Origin: Tubulanus polymorphus
Taxonomy: Eukaryota; Animalia; Nemertea
Reading direction: 5' to 3'
DNA length: 64,000 bases
Assembly: GCF_964204645.1 (NCBI RefSeq)
Contig: NC_134028.1
Span: forward strand, 2,666,001-2,730,000
This document shows positions 1 through 11,530 of this stretch, one piece after another. Position 1 is the stretch's first letter. Every line of letters begins with the position of its first letter. A program made the position numbers and the translations under genes. Below the pieces are notes generated by a model. That model searched no databases. It saw only the letters and a program-made list of their open reading frames with translations, and was not told where the DNA came from.

Positions 1-1016
1 CTAAGAATTCTAGTAGAATAATGGTGCCAGTAAAATGTGACAATCGTCCTATTGTTAAACGGCACCTCTCCTGAAGTGCATGTGTGTATTTGTTCTCTGA
101 ATTGATAAACCGAAATTCTGCGCGAAATTAAACAAAATTTTCGGTGGTTTAAACACCTTTAGTGTGTACAAAATAATATGCATGTTAATTTATGAATGAG
201 TAGCAGGTATATCGTCGAACGGTTTCAATATTATCCAACGAGAGTTCGGTTTGTTTGGGTTTCGGCGAGCGTTGTCTATGGCGGAACAAGGGTTTGCGTC
301 TCCCGGATATAAAATGTCTGTGATTATATTATTTACATAATATTTAAAAGAATGAAATTATTTCAAAGAAGAAATGTCTTAATAAGACCGACCGCAGCGC
401 TCGCTGTAGCGATACTGTTAAGATGTTTTTTGTCAAAGATGGTTTATAGATATGAAATAGATATCGTCTCAATGACTGGTCTATTTTAAACGTTTCTCAT
501 ATGATCTTCTCGTAGGAAATCGAATAAAGGCAAATGAGAAATCTATTTTCATGAGGAAGTGGGAAATATTTTGCTAAGATTAGTCTTAATGTCAAATCTC
601 AAAAACATACGATGACTTACGATATTGACTTACATACTTTTTCTGGATTTATTTCCATTATTTCATTTTCCATGACTAACTTATGTTACTGAAAATAGCG
701 AAGGTTTTGTGTTACTGATTAAATAGTCATGTGGTTTTTGAGTGGAGAATGATTTCGTGGAATTCACGTTAGTTTCAACACGACTTCTTCACCTATACAT
801 ACGTGATAAGCCAGGGACACTGTAATACATACGTTCTTCATTATACTGTTCCTGAATAAACTGTTTTTACGAAATATTTTTAAACGTCTCGTGTATTTTG
901 AAAGTTATGATTTTTGTTTTGGATGCTGAAAAGAAGATTTTTTTAAACTTAAGTGTGCCAATGTTTATTTGCAATTACAGTAAGTCACAGCGGCCAAATT
1001 AAGCCAGATTAAACTT

Positions 1017-1132
1017 CAGGACCCGGTTTTGTAGACTGGTATTATCTTAAACCCAGGGGTTAAATCAATTGAAAATGAATTGAGTTAGCCCCTGGGTTTA
1101 AAGTTAATACCAGTCTATAAAATCGGGCCCAG
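1017..1132. mobile_element. Palindromic (hairpin) MITE-like element
   Basis: Left arm caggacccggttttgtagactggtattatcttaaacccaggggttaaatcaatt is the near-perfect reverse complement of right arm aattgagttagcccctgggtttaaagttaataccagtctataaaatcgggcccag, with a short loop. The inverted repeat is seen directly; MITE identity is inferred. Confidence 0.65.
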
Positions 1133-2853
1133 CATTTTGGCTTCATGGCCTGTTTAATCACAAAAAGATGACGATTATTCAGGATTGTATTCATGAAACC
1201 AGTGCGGCTGTGACTCAAACATCTTCAATCTACAATAGTTCCTGTTTTCTGTATGCTACAGTTTACGCACTAAATCTTCACCATAAAACTATCATCCTCG
1301 ATTGAAATAAATATCGTATTCGTGTTGTTAACTTTTGTTTCTCGCTTGATTCAAAAATGAAGGATGGTCGACATTTTTACGGCATCTTACTCGCCTTTGT
1401 AATTGTAATTCTTTTTAGCTGCCGTAAGTTTTGTTAGTAGTCTATAGTTGAACAATACAGCCCGCTGCGAAAGCGAGTATATTCGGGCGTGAGATTTCAC
1501 GAATAGTCTCGCACGAGATAAGATATTTCTTACCCCGATCTTTGATTATATGGACAGAAAATAAAACTACATGTATGTATTATTTAAAAGTAATAAAGAT
1601 GGCCGATCGTTATCGCGTGGTTTGAGATGAATTTATAAATAAGAATTGACCGATATTAATTATCATTAAATGATGGAAACCTATTATATGAATGTATCTT
1701 ATATACAGACTGGGTTATGTTATTTGTATTGTACGATATGGTGTATAGAATGTTTACGAAGGTAAGGTTTATAATGTACATCTAGTCGTAAAAAAGGGTT
1801 ATCAGAAACAATAAGCCTGCACGGCACACACAGTGCACGCACGCACTCACTGGGAACACGCGCGGCCGCAAGAAAAACCAACCTCTACTCTCTTTGTGAT
1901 TCTGGATGTGTAAATAAATTGCGCACTATTTACAAAAAAAAAATATTTTTGTTGTGATGTTTTTTGTCGTCTTATCTGGAGGAAAATACTACATCATTCG
2001 AACCTCTTTATACTATATATACCAGGTGACTGGTATTCCGTCCTCAAACACTTCCGGTCCTCGCTGAAGTTCGTTATAAAGACGCACCGTATCGGTTATT
2101 ACGAACAGGACCCCCCCCAAAAAAAAATTAGCATGCTAACCCCGTCCTGGAAATCAAATGGGACATCGCCCATTTCTGGTGATGATTCGTTCCTGATCAC
2201 ACAATCGAATGAAAAATAAGCCGATTCTCCGTGCGCTCCAGAAACGACGATTGATATCCATCATAAAAACAATGTACCACGTTTATTTACAACGAAATTT
2301 ATTCTAAAAATACGTTTAGATACATTTATTCCGAATGTTATGAATGACAGTCTTCTAGACAACAAATTCTCTAAATATCTAGACAGCCTTCAGCCAATAA
2401 TGTATATGTTATAAACCACCGCGGCTAGATTAAGTCCAGTTTTATAAAGCTATTAACGGAACTCATTTTTATACATAAATCAAAAAGGATATGGACGGCT
2501 GCCTATCAAGAAACTGATCATGATTTTCTTTTACTGGCCCGTAGGTAAAAGAAGTGAGTTATCAAAGATTCCATGAAAATACTGAGTGGGACTCAATATG
2601 ACCATCTTATTTTTGACCATAAAAATGAACGTTTCTCCGATGCCTTTATGCGAATGTAATCTAACGATTTTGAATATATACTTATAGGTTATAAGGTTTA
2701 CAATTTATAAAGCTTCGACTGTTTTTAGCAACATGAGTATTCTAACGCAAAAAGAAAAATTTCTGCAGCTTTCACTCGTTGAATTATCCATTATTCTTTC
2801 TCACAAATACACGTTCAAATTGGTTATGAAATCTGCTGTTTATAGACCTATTT

Positions 2854-3291
2854 TTAGATCTCATCTTCAAGCTGATCGATGGGAATGCCAGCCTCTTTAA
2901 TAGCCTTCAGGAATTCCTTTTGATCCATCAGTGGCGGAAGGTTTTCATTATTTCCTAGATTTTTTTCACCATGTTTTCCTTGTATCAAAATCGGAATTTT
3001 TCTCACTGCAACATCAGTATCTGAGTCTTTCTCTATAACGATACCATTTTGTTCTGATGATACGAGTTCCTCACTTTGTTCGTTTTGTTCGCGTTGCGGG
3101 TCTTCCGATGTATTCAGTTCGAGTTGTTCCGAGATAACTGGTACTTCTTGCGGCTGTTGCCCGAGCTGAGTCTGATCAACTTCCTTTGGTTGAAAATGAA
3201 GCTTTTTGTTCTGGTCGACTAGTTTGTATAGGTAAAATGTAGTTATCATCATAATCAATGTAACACCAAGCATAAGCTTTTTCCGTGGCAT
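2854..3291 (-). CDS. Hypothetical 145-aa type II membrane protein (basic N-tail, TM/signal anchor, Q/E-rich stem)
   Basis: Uninterrupted ORF with ATG start: MPRKK, then hydrophobic LMLGVTLIMMITTFYLY, then a protein-like Q/E-rich segment. A candidate upstream acceptor (tttgcag on the - strand) lies near 3438. No family recognised. Confidence 0.45.
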   Translation of the reverse strand: MPRKKLMLGVTLIMMITTFYLYKLVDQNKKLHFQPKEVDQTQLGQQPQEVPVISEQLELNTSEDPQREQNEQSEELVSSEQNGIVIEKDSDTDVAVRKIPILIQGKHGEKNLGNNENLPPLMDQKEFLKAIKEAGIPIDQLEDEI

Positions 3292-6200
3292 TTTTTGCTA
3301 CAAGAGAAATTTGCAGAAAAAAAATTTTCTTTGAACATAAACCGAAACTAAGGGAAAACAATTTTTTGGATAATTTCGTTATGAAATGCGTGAAATTCAA
3401 CCATGATATTGCTCAGAATAAAATTCTTGCACGTTAACCTGCAAATGTTGATGGACTCGATAAATCAGAGGTCCATTATTAACAATGACATGCTACCACT
3501 GACCTCGATAGATAAATATGTATTCATATACATTTTACTTACTTCTTATAGTTTAAAAAAGAAGCATAAATAAATCCGATTTTAAATCTGCGACGTGGCT
3601 GAGCTAACTGTATATAAAGCTCATGTGTGTGTACGTATGTGTATCGAATTGACACAAGCTGTGCCATCTTAGGTTCTCCAATGATTTTCCAAATCAAATC
3701 CACATCTGTGCATAATCCCCATTCTTCTCTATGTCTTTCATCAATGTGCAACGTGATTGACGAAAAAACTATACTTCCAAAAAATTAATCATCGCGTCTG
3801 GACGTATCTGCATAGTCTCTTAAAGTTGATTTTTATTTTCATTGTATCCTATTCATAGTGTCTGTCACTTGCTCTTTATTTTTAGCTTCAGAATTTTTAG
3901 CTTTTCGTCATCTTATGAAGAAGTGAGAGAATTCATGATATTTTTTTTAGTAGGACTATGTTAAGATATTATTTTCCCGCAATTGAATTTATCCGATCCA
4001 ATAGTGAAAAAACGGTGATCAATCCAAAGTTTGATAAGTTTATCCATAGTATTTCAATTTCTTATTCATTTAGTGTGGGGTCTCGCAAATCTACCACACG
4101 TCTCATGCCGATAGTGGAGCTGAGGGCTTTGAAATCGTTGTGTGCAAAATATGTATATATGAATGGTCGCGCAATGGCAGAATTTTTAAATCGAAGTACA
4201 TACATAATTAAAAATTTCAGTTCCGGTTCGTGTAAAGAATCTTCCGTATACATAATACCGGATGTATCAAATTGAATCACAGGTTTACGAGTATCTCCCT
4301 TATAGCTCAATCCATCCAAATCTACCAAATCACCGCACTAGACAAACAAAACAATCCACAATCCTGGGTATGATTTTCAATCAGGACTTGCTATCTCGAA
4401 TGCGTTTTCAAAGATGCAGTTGAGGGGCAATCTGTCAAAAATAGAGAAAATGGAATTGCCAAAAACCACACCCCGACCTCAAACTTGTCAGACGTACAGC
4501 CTTTCGATAATTTAGCAATAGTCTACTTTGGCAATATTGATGTGAGGTAGACCTGGAAGGTATCCCGAATACGACGTTAATTCGAAGACAAGAGATTAAT
4601 TGTTTTCAGATAAATCTCCCTTGGATACTGGCTGCTGAAGAATACGCCGTACATGCTGCAGCTAATGGTACTGCATCGCTAGAAAACAAATCGATAATTT
4701 CCGTGTTCAAGCGACAAGAACAGTATCACCGCTGTCTTTTCTCAATGTAGATTTTCTGTTCTCGAAAGAGCCATCGATTTGTTTAAGAGCTACTTCTGCA
4801 GCTCGTCTCTCTTGATCCGTGGTGCATGCTGATCAATAGCGCGGAGACTTTTCAGGTGTCGGTCAATAGATCAAGAAATGCCCTTAAAAATACACGAATA
4901 GGCGGGTCAACCACCTAATAAAGCTGGGTCTTATTAGAATAACCTCTAGATTGTTCTGTTTGTTTCGACGGGTCGTGCAGCGGTGCGGCGAAACGAATGA
5001 CCAGGTTACTGATAATGATATCATAGATTTACTTAAATTGTCAAAATTTCTCCAGGAATTAATAATCATTTTTCGCGTAGATACATCGTGTAGATTTTTA
5101 ATTCCTATTAATACACTGTTTTGTTTTATGACGAATAAACTTTTCAATATTGAGGTCATTGGGCTCAGTAATCTGCCCGAAAATGAATTCGTGCATATTG
5201 TGGCTGCTGGAATGTAAAGCACTATTGGAAAAATGGGAGATTCTTTTCAAGCAAGACTCTTTCACCGAGTAATTTCCTTAGTAGTTTCTCAGATTTCTTT
5301 GATGTAATCTAGAATTACGTCAGTACAAGAACGTTTACGTATTTGTTTCGAGGCAAACACCTGCGAGATCCGTTTCTCGAGGGAAAATAATACAAGTTAG
5401 TCCAAAGCACGCAAAATAAACGCTGAAGTAATCGGTAACATTGCAACAGCTCACCTAAAACTTTGGAGAATTAATTGGCGAATAACGCTTGCATGTTGTA
5501 TATAACTAACCTTCCTTTACTTACCTTTCCATCGCCTTCTCGGTTGAGTCGAGAAACCAACATTCCTTGAAGAATTGCTTAGGTAACACAGCAAATTACC
5601 TTTAAGCAGTAAATCTACCTCTTTACCGAAACAACAACTAAGTCGAACGAGTTTGTTTTTGTATTTGTTTATTAGATCGACTAATACTATATATGTATAC
5701 GCGAGTTGGCGAATAGACAATATAAGAGATGAGATGAGATAGAGAGAGAGCGAGGGAGACGGGTGCGTCCGTATATGGAGTGGGCGTAGAAACAGTATTT
5801 GGCCAAAAGATATGCGACTGACTTCGTCTGACAGCATTATGACCGGTCCTCAGAGAACGTCTATTTCCACTCCTATGGTCTCCAATATTACAAAATGTAA
5901 ATTAATATACAAGTATACCGTAGTTCTCTCCCCGGGTCAGGCTTTCACGTTTCTAATGGGTTACATCATTTCTGAATCATATTACATATGAATAATGAAT
6001 ATAGCTTTTTTTTTAAATTCACACTCGCGCACGAAGAAGTCATTTTCACTTCTTGCGTTAAGAACGTGTTTTTTTTTTTAAATATGAGTCTACCAAGTAG
6101 AAAATACGTTTAACGAATTGTTCGTTATCATAAACACACATTGGATTATATTCCAACACTACGACTTTAGTTCTACTGACACATGTATAAAACATCATCC

Positions 6201-6836
6201 AAATTCCATATAAATACACCGGAAGCAAATTCATCTGATTTCAAGTTCAGGATTACATGATTCATGATTTTCTATATTCATCATATCCTTATTAACCACA
6301 CTATTTTTTTTTCTTCAACACCCACACGAAAGTTAACGGTTAAATAAACCACTCATGTTGTAAGACATTCCAAGTACACGTACAAAATATAATGGTATCA
6401 ATTTTACATCAGGCGATAGCACAAGATCATTATTCGTGTCAACGACAATAAATCTTTGATGACTCTTTCGACGTCTTAGTTGTTTACGAGTAAAATGATC
6501 GTTTATCATTATGTACAGCCATATTAATATCAAATCACATGTACATGTATATCATATATACATTTAAAAAAACGTTATCTTTTTGATCATATTCAATGCC
6601 ATTAAATAGATGTTATTTACAGGTTAACCTACATTCGCAGTATTAATTCCTGTAAAGAATCATTCAGGGTAAAATTCGAGATGGTTGTGAAGTTGAATGT
6701 TCATAAAACGTTAAATCATACACATGCTTCGTTAATATCTAGTTAGATTTGGTTGAATACAACGCTCTTATTCGTGTCAACTGTAGATAAAAAAGGTCCC
6801 ACAACAGAATATCCTGCGATGAGATTTATTAAAATG

Positions 6837-6882
6837 AAACTACAACGTTTCGGCCGTCGATCAACCATCATCAGATGAGTTT
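6837..6882 (-). ncRNA. Degenerate minimal type I hammerhead ribozyme motif (Penelope-like pLTR remnant)
   Basis: - strand reads aaactcat-CTGATGA-tggttgatcgacggcc-GAAA-cgtt-gtagttt, followed by AATAAA. Stems I and II are imperfect. Shares the flank aactgtagataaa...tcccaca with the copy at 38.4-38.5 kb. Confidence 0.4.
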
Positions 6883-8375
6883 TATCCCATAAAATTCTCC
6901 TGTGGGAATTTTTTTTCATTTATAGACGAGTATTTGAAACGCCGTTCCCATTCCTTAAAACTGGATTGATCAATCTAATGGAAGTCCCGTGTGAAATGGT
7001 TTCAATTTGACTCCGAATAAATCAATCCATGTTCAATCATTTAAACTGAGAGTTAAATGTTAATCTAAAAACACGCTCCTGGACATCGATACCCCGTTAA
7101 AGCTCATCTAAACATTCGATGAATTATTCCAAGGCAATGAAGCGAAAAACGCTGGCAGTAGCGCGCAGTTTTCATTTAGAGAAATGCCAGACGTTCCCAT
7201 AAGGTACGTAAATAATGTACAAATGTTTTCCATCCTTTGAAGCCATGTTAAAAGGCACCAATGATTTCTAATGATTCGGTTATTACCCCGGTAGGTTTCT
7301 TTGTACATTCTTCGATTAAGTAAATTAATACATTTACACTACAAGTCTATCACAATATCAGGAAACAAATTCCACACATTTCAACTGGAAAATGGAATGA
7401 AAAATAACAAAATATGGTTGGGCCACAAAATCTATCGCTTCTTGAGTGATAACCAAAGCTCGAATTTGAACTTCGGCGTTTTAATAAGTTGCGACGAACG
7501 GCAAATCGTAGGGCATCCATTTACGTATGGTGTGTCAAATAATACTCTCGAAAAAAAAAGAATATAAATCACTCGTATATAGATAAAATCGGAACCCAGG
7601 TTTGACGGTTTGATATATTACACACACACAGAAAGTTCCCCCAACCCATTAACTGATAATGATAATACAGTTCATGTAGGTCTAGAACAGCTCTCAGTAT
7701 TATACTCCACATGATTAACACTTACCAAAAACGACACACGTGGGTACCAAATGACTCTTAACGACAGATCTTTACACATTAAAATTTCCCAAGACGCTTT
7801 AAATAATAATATTTATATATGTATATATATAAGTTTGTACCATATATCTTTAAAAGACTACATCACAGAGATGGAGACCAGTCACGTGCACGTGTGACTC
7901 TACGCCCGTCACGCTTAATTGACGGCTTTCGTGGCAGAATTGTTTTATTCTATTCCGGATGATGGAGATCTTTTGTTGATGTATCCAGCGAAATATTTTT
8001 TCCATCGATGTATACACAATAATATAGTTACACCACATATATACGTACGTAACACGTGATATAATTGCGAAGTGTGTATCGTAGCCGCGCATACTATAAA
8101 CCACACCCCACGTCTACTGTACACAGACGGTCACAAACCATGGCATCAAAGAGAAAATAACTATATTTCATTTTACCCTGTTTATATAGACATCATCACG
8201 ATTAAAAAGCTATCATTCAATGCGCAGAAATTCAAAATGCGTCAGCGACATTAACAACGATCCCGACTATAATTTCGTATATGTACGTGAGAACAGGTTT
8301 CTGGCGATCGCGCGCGATACCTTTTTATATATCATCAGAGCACATTTACTAAATTGAACATCCCACACGATCTAA

Positions 8376-10036
8376 TCACTTAGAGCTATCGCTAGATACG
8401 GAGGAATGGTTCTCTGTTGTCCGCGACCGGAAGAACCCCCAATCGGTGGTGCACTCTTTAATCGTTACAGTCATGTTATTCGTGGTGACATCTGTAATCG
8501 AAACACTGTCCAGTAATGGTTTTATATTGGCCGGCGGTGACCAGTATATACGACTATCGTCCAACTCTTCGATGTTATTATTATTCAGACCAGCCGCCGA
8601 CCCGCCTTTCGTTTTGGTCATGGTACTGGTCGCGTTGCCGTTTACTGGATTATTTTTCGTAGTATCGGCCCCCGAGTCGGTAGCGGAGGTGTCACTATGC
8701 GCGCTATCGTGCCCGTTAATCCCGGCGCTCGAAGACCCGTCGGTTGCGTTTTTACCGTTATCTTCCAACCGATGATCGGAAGTTATCGGTATCGGAACCT
8801 CCGTGTCCAGTCCTGTACTATGAGTAATACAGGGGGCGTTCGTCCCGTGCGTTTTGATTACAGTTTTGATAGGGGGACGATTGATCGGCGCTACGCGCGG
8901 CGCGCTGGTAGCTTTCGGCGCAATAGCTGCTGGGCGCGCCGGTTCCACGGTCACGGGCGCCACCGACGGCACGGTGAGAGGCCGGACTGTTTTTAGTTTC
9001 GGTGGTCGACCAGGTCGCCGACGTGGTACGACCGGCGTTGATGTCGGTGTTGGTCCAGTATCGGCGGTACGTAACGGTTTGGGTATTTTCAGAGTCGTAG
9101 TCGGTTCCTTTACGATCGGCGTTTCGGGCTTATCGCGACCCCCGGGCGATGATGTCGAGTTACCTCGCGGAGTTGTTTCATCAGCCGGATCGATGGTATT
9201 GGTCTCACGAACCGGTGATACAACACCGCTATCGACTTGTTCTATGTCGTTGACACCGTTATTAATGTTACCGCTAGATTCAGGTTCAGGACTCGACAAC
9301 GGCGACTTGGAACCATGAAGCTGAAATATGTGCGGAAAGACAATATTTTAGACATTCCAATCGTACAAGTTGCGAGTTCTTATCTGTAACCGTTTTCGAA
9401 ATATTAAAGATCTGGCGAAGTACTTTCATTTGACGCTTCAAAATGGCGGCACGTGCTACAAACACCCCCGTATATAATAAATTCTACTTACCTCCAAGCG
9501 CGGTCTTTTCGGTGGCGGGCCGCGTTTTCCTGAAGGAAAGATCCCTGCCTCGACGCTGCAAGAAATAGAATCGTTCAGATAATTCACGTTGACAGTGTAT
9601 TAACTTGTTCCGTATCGGCGACGGCATCGCTCAATGCATGCTGCACATACGGCATTATACATTACAACGTCGTACTCACCCTTGCTTGTATTGCTCGATC
9701 AGTCTTTCATCTAGAATGTTATCTTGCGGTTCCCACGTATTGTACCTGCAAATAAACATCATCGCGGTAATAGTAACGACATTGCCGAGTGGTTGTCGCC
9801 ATCGTAAGGCGCGAATTCAGACGTTTCTATATACTTACTTGTAACTCCAGCCTTTCCACTTTACCAGGTACTCTACTTTACCCTGGAATGAAACGACGCG
9901 ACGTCAACACAGTTTACCTCTAAATCACCCATTTACCCACGTATCTAATTCAATCCACATGTCCTACCTTACGAATACGTCTTTTCTCTATACGTTCGGC
10001 GGCGAATACTCGCTCACCCACGTCCGTTAGTTCCAT
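8376..10036 (-). CDS. CBX: Polycomb chromobox protein (Pc/CBX2/4/6/7/8 family), 395 aa
   Basis: Exons 10036-9968 (69 nt), 9882-9839 (44), 9745-9680 (66), 9555-9492 (64), 9320-8376 (945), all GT-AG and in frame. Chromodomain [54 protein letters not shown]; AT-hook-like KRGPPPK and RRRPGRPPK; C-terminal Pc box SITDVTTNNMTVTIKECTTDWGFF. Confidence 0.96.
9439..9450 (+). promoter_or_regulatory. YY1/Pho consensus site in CBX intron 4
   Basis: CAAAATGGCGGC matches the YY1/Pleiohomeotic consensus; function is untested. Confidence 0.3.
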
Positions 10037-10159
10037 TTTGGGGTGTAAATTGCGCGGACCTCTCTACGTTGTATCCTTCACCACTGACAGAGCTACGCGG
10101 CTATCCCATAATACTAATGTGACGTTGGCGCAGATATTATCATAATAAGTCGAACAGCG

Positions 10160-10335
10160 ATTGGTGGAAATACGTCACGCGCTAACCTATAAATACACGA
10201 CATGGAAAGAGAAGAGTTGCGCGCGTTTAAAAAAGAAGGTAGACGTGTCTGAGGCAAGAAAATGGCGGTATCTTAATGCGTACAGCCCTGTGAGAGAGGG
10301 ACGGAAATATACCATGTGCTGGTGTGACGTCAACG
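10160..10335. promoter_or_regulatory. Putative CBX proximal promoter
   Basis: CpG-rich stretch 125-300 bp upstream of the CBX ATG with ATTGG (~10161), AAAATGGCGG (~10260) and a palindromic CRE TGACGTCA (10325-10332). Confidence 0.35.
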
Positions 10336-10854
10336 CCGCGTAGTAGAGTTCAGGTGACGACGACCCCGATATCACCACACACCGATGGCACGTTCTTTTG
10401 TTGTGCGAGGGGAACAGATGTATTATTAGTTTCAATGCGAAGCCATTGTGAAAGGATATTTCCAAATTTGAAATAGCTACACAGAGTATACGCGCGGTGA
10501 AGAAACTGAGGCTAGTATAAATAGCACGACGCGTCCGCCAATATTAAACACAATAGCCGCTAACGACATCGCGGAAAGATTTATGGGAGCGCGATTTTTT
10601 AAGCGGTGTATGGAAGGCTTCAGACGCGCATGTGTGATGGCGGGCATTATGGATGCTCGGCATTGTAAAACGCGATGGCTGCGTGAACAGCTGAGACTAG
10701 AGTGTGTTCGTGAGAACATGAAAGACGAAACCTTCTCCGAGAGTCACCTTGTTACGTACAGTGTATCTATAACAACCTGCATTAAATGGCAGAGTTTTAA
10801 TTACAGATTGAGTCACGATAGGAGCCTGCGCGACGGTGATCCATACCATTTTGT

Positions 10855-11530
10855 CAATTCGAAAGTGAATTCTGTAATCAGCCTAATAACCATGTTCAAA
10901 CAATGATAGCCATATATAGACGATTGGCACAAGATTATGAATTAGACAAACACAACGCGGAGAGATCGCCTTACGGAGGTGTAGTGGAATCAGCTTTTAA
11001 TACTGACAAGCGAATTTCCTGACAAATGTTATACAACTTGTAAAATTCAAAGTGAATTCAGTCCAATAACCGTGTTTCAAAGAACAACTGCACCCTCCGA
11101 CTACAAGGGCATGTAAATTGTCCTATAATAAGCACACGATTAGTTTGTTAGTTTCATATAGTCATATATACACGACGCCTATAAAACTCCTGATGTGAAT
11201 AACCCCGTAATAAAATTAGGCACGGAATTCTAGTGCGACTAAATACCGGCATCAGCTTTTGAATAATACTGACAAATGATTTTTCTATTATAGATATTTT
11301 TTCAAATAGTAAAATTCAAATCAGCCTAACGTTACCAGTTTCAAAGAACAACTGAACCGTCTAAAGGATTTATCAATTCCTCTCTAATAGGCAAAAGATT
11401 AATTTGACAATTACAGTCATGTATACAACGTCTAAAAACGCCTGATGTGCAATCCTGTGAAATTAGGCTTGACGTTCTGGTGCTGTGCTATTAAAAGGTT
11501 GACATCAGCTTTTAACTAATGCTGACAAAT
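10855..11530. repeat. Degenerate ~260-bp tandem repeat (2-3 copies)
   Basis: atcagctttt...ctgacaa recurs at ~10989, ~11251 and ~11504; tttcaaagaacaactg, cctgatgtg and aaattaggc each recur at ~240-265 bp spacing. Confidence 0.7.

Noticed and set aside
5221-5450. In-frame TGA codons as selenocysteine or readthrough
   Set aside because: TAA/TAG stops and frameshifts occur in the same region and no SECIS was seen; decay is the simpler explanation.
8446-9318. Three + strand ORFs overlapping CBX exon 5
   Set aside because: Antisense shadows of a GC-rich coding exon; no independent signals.
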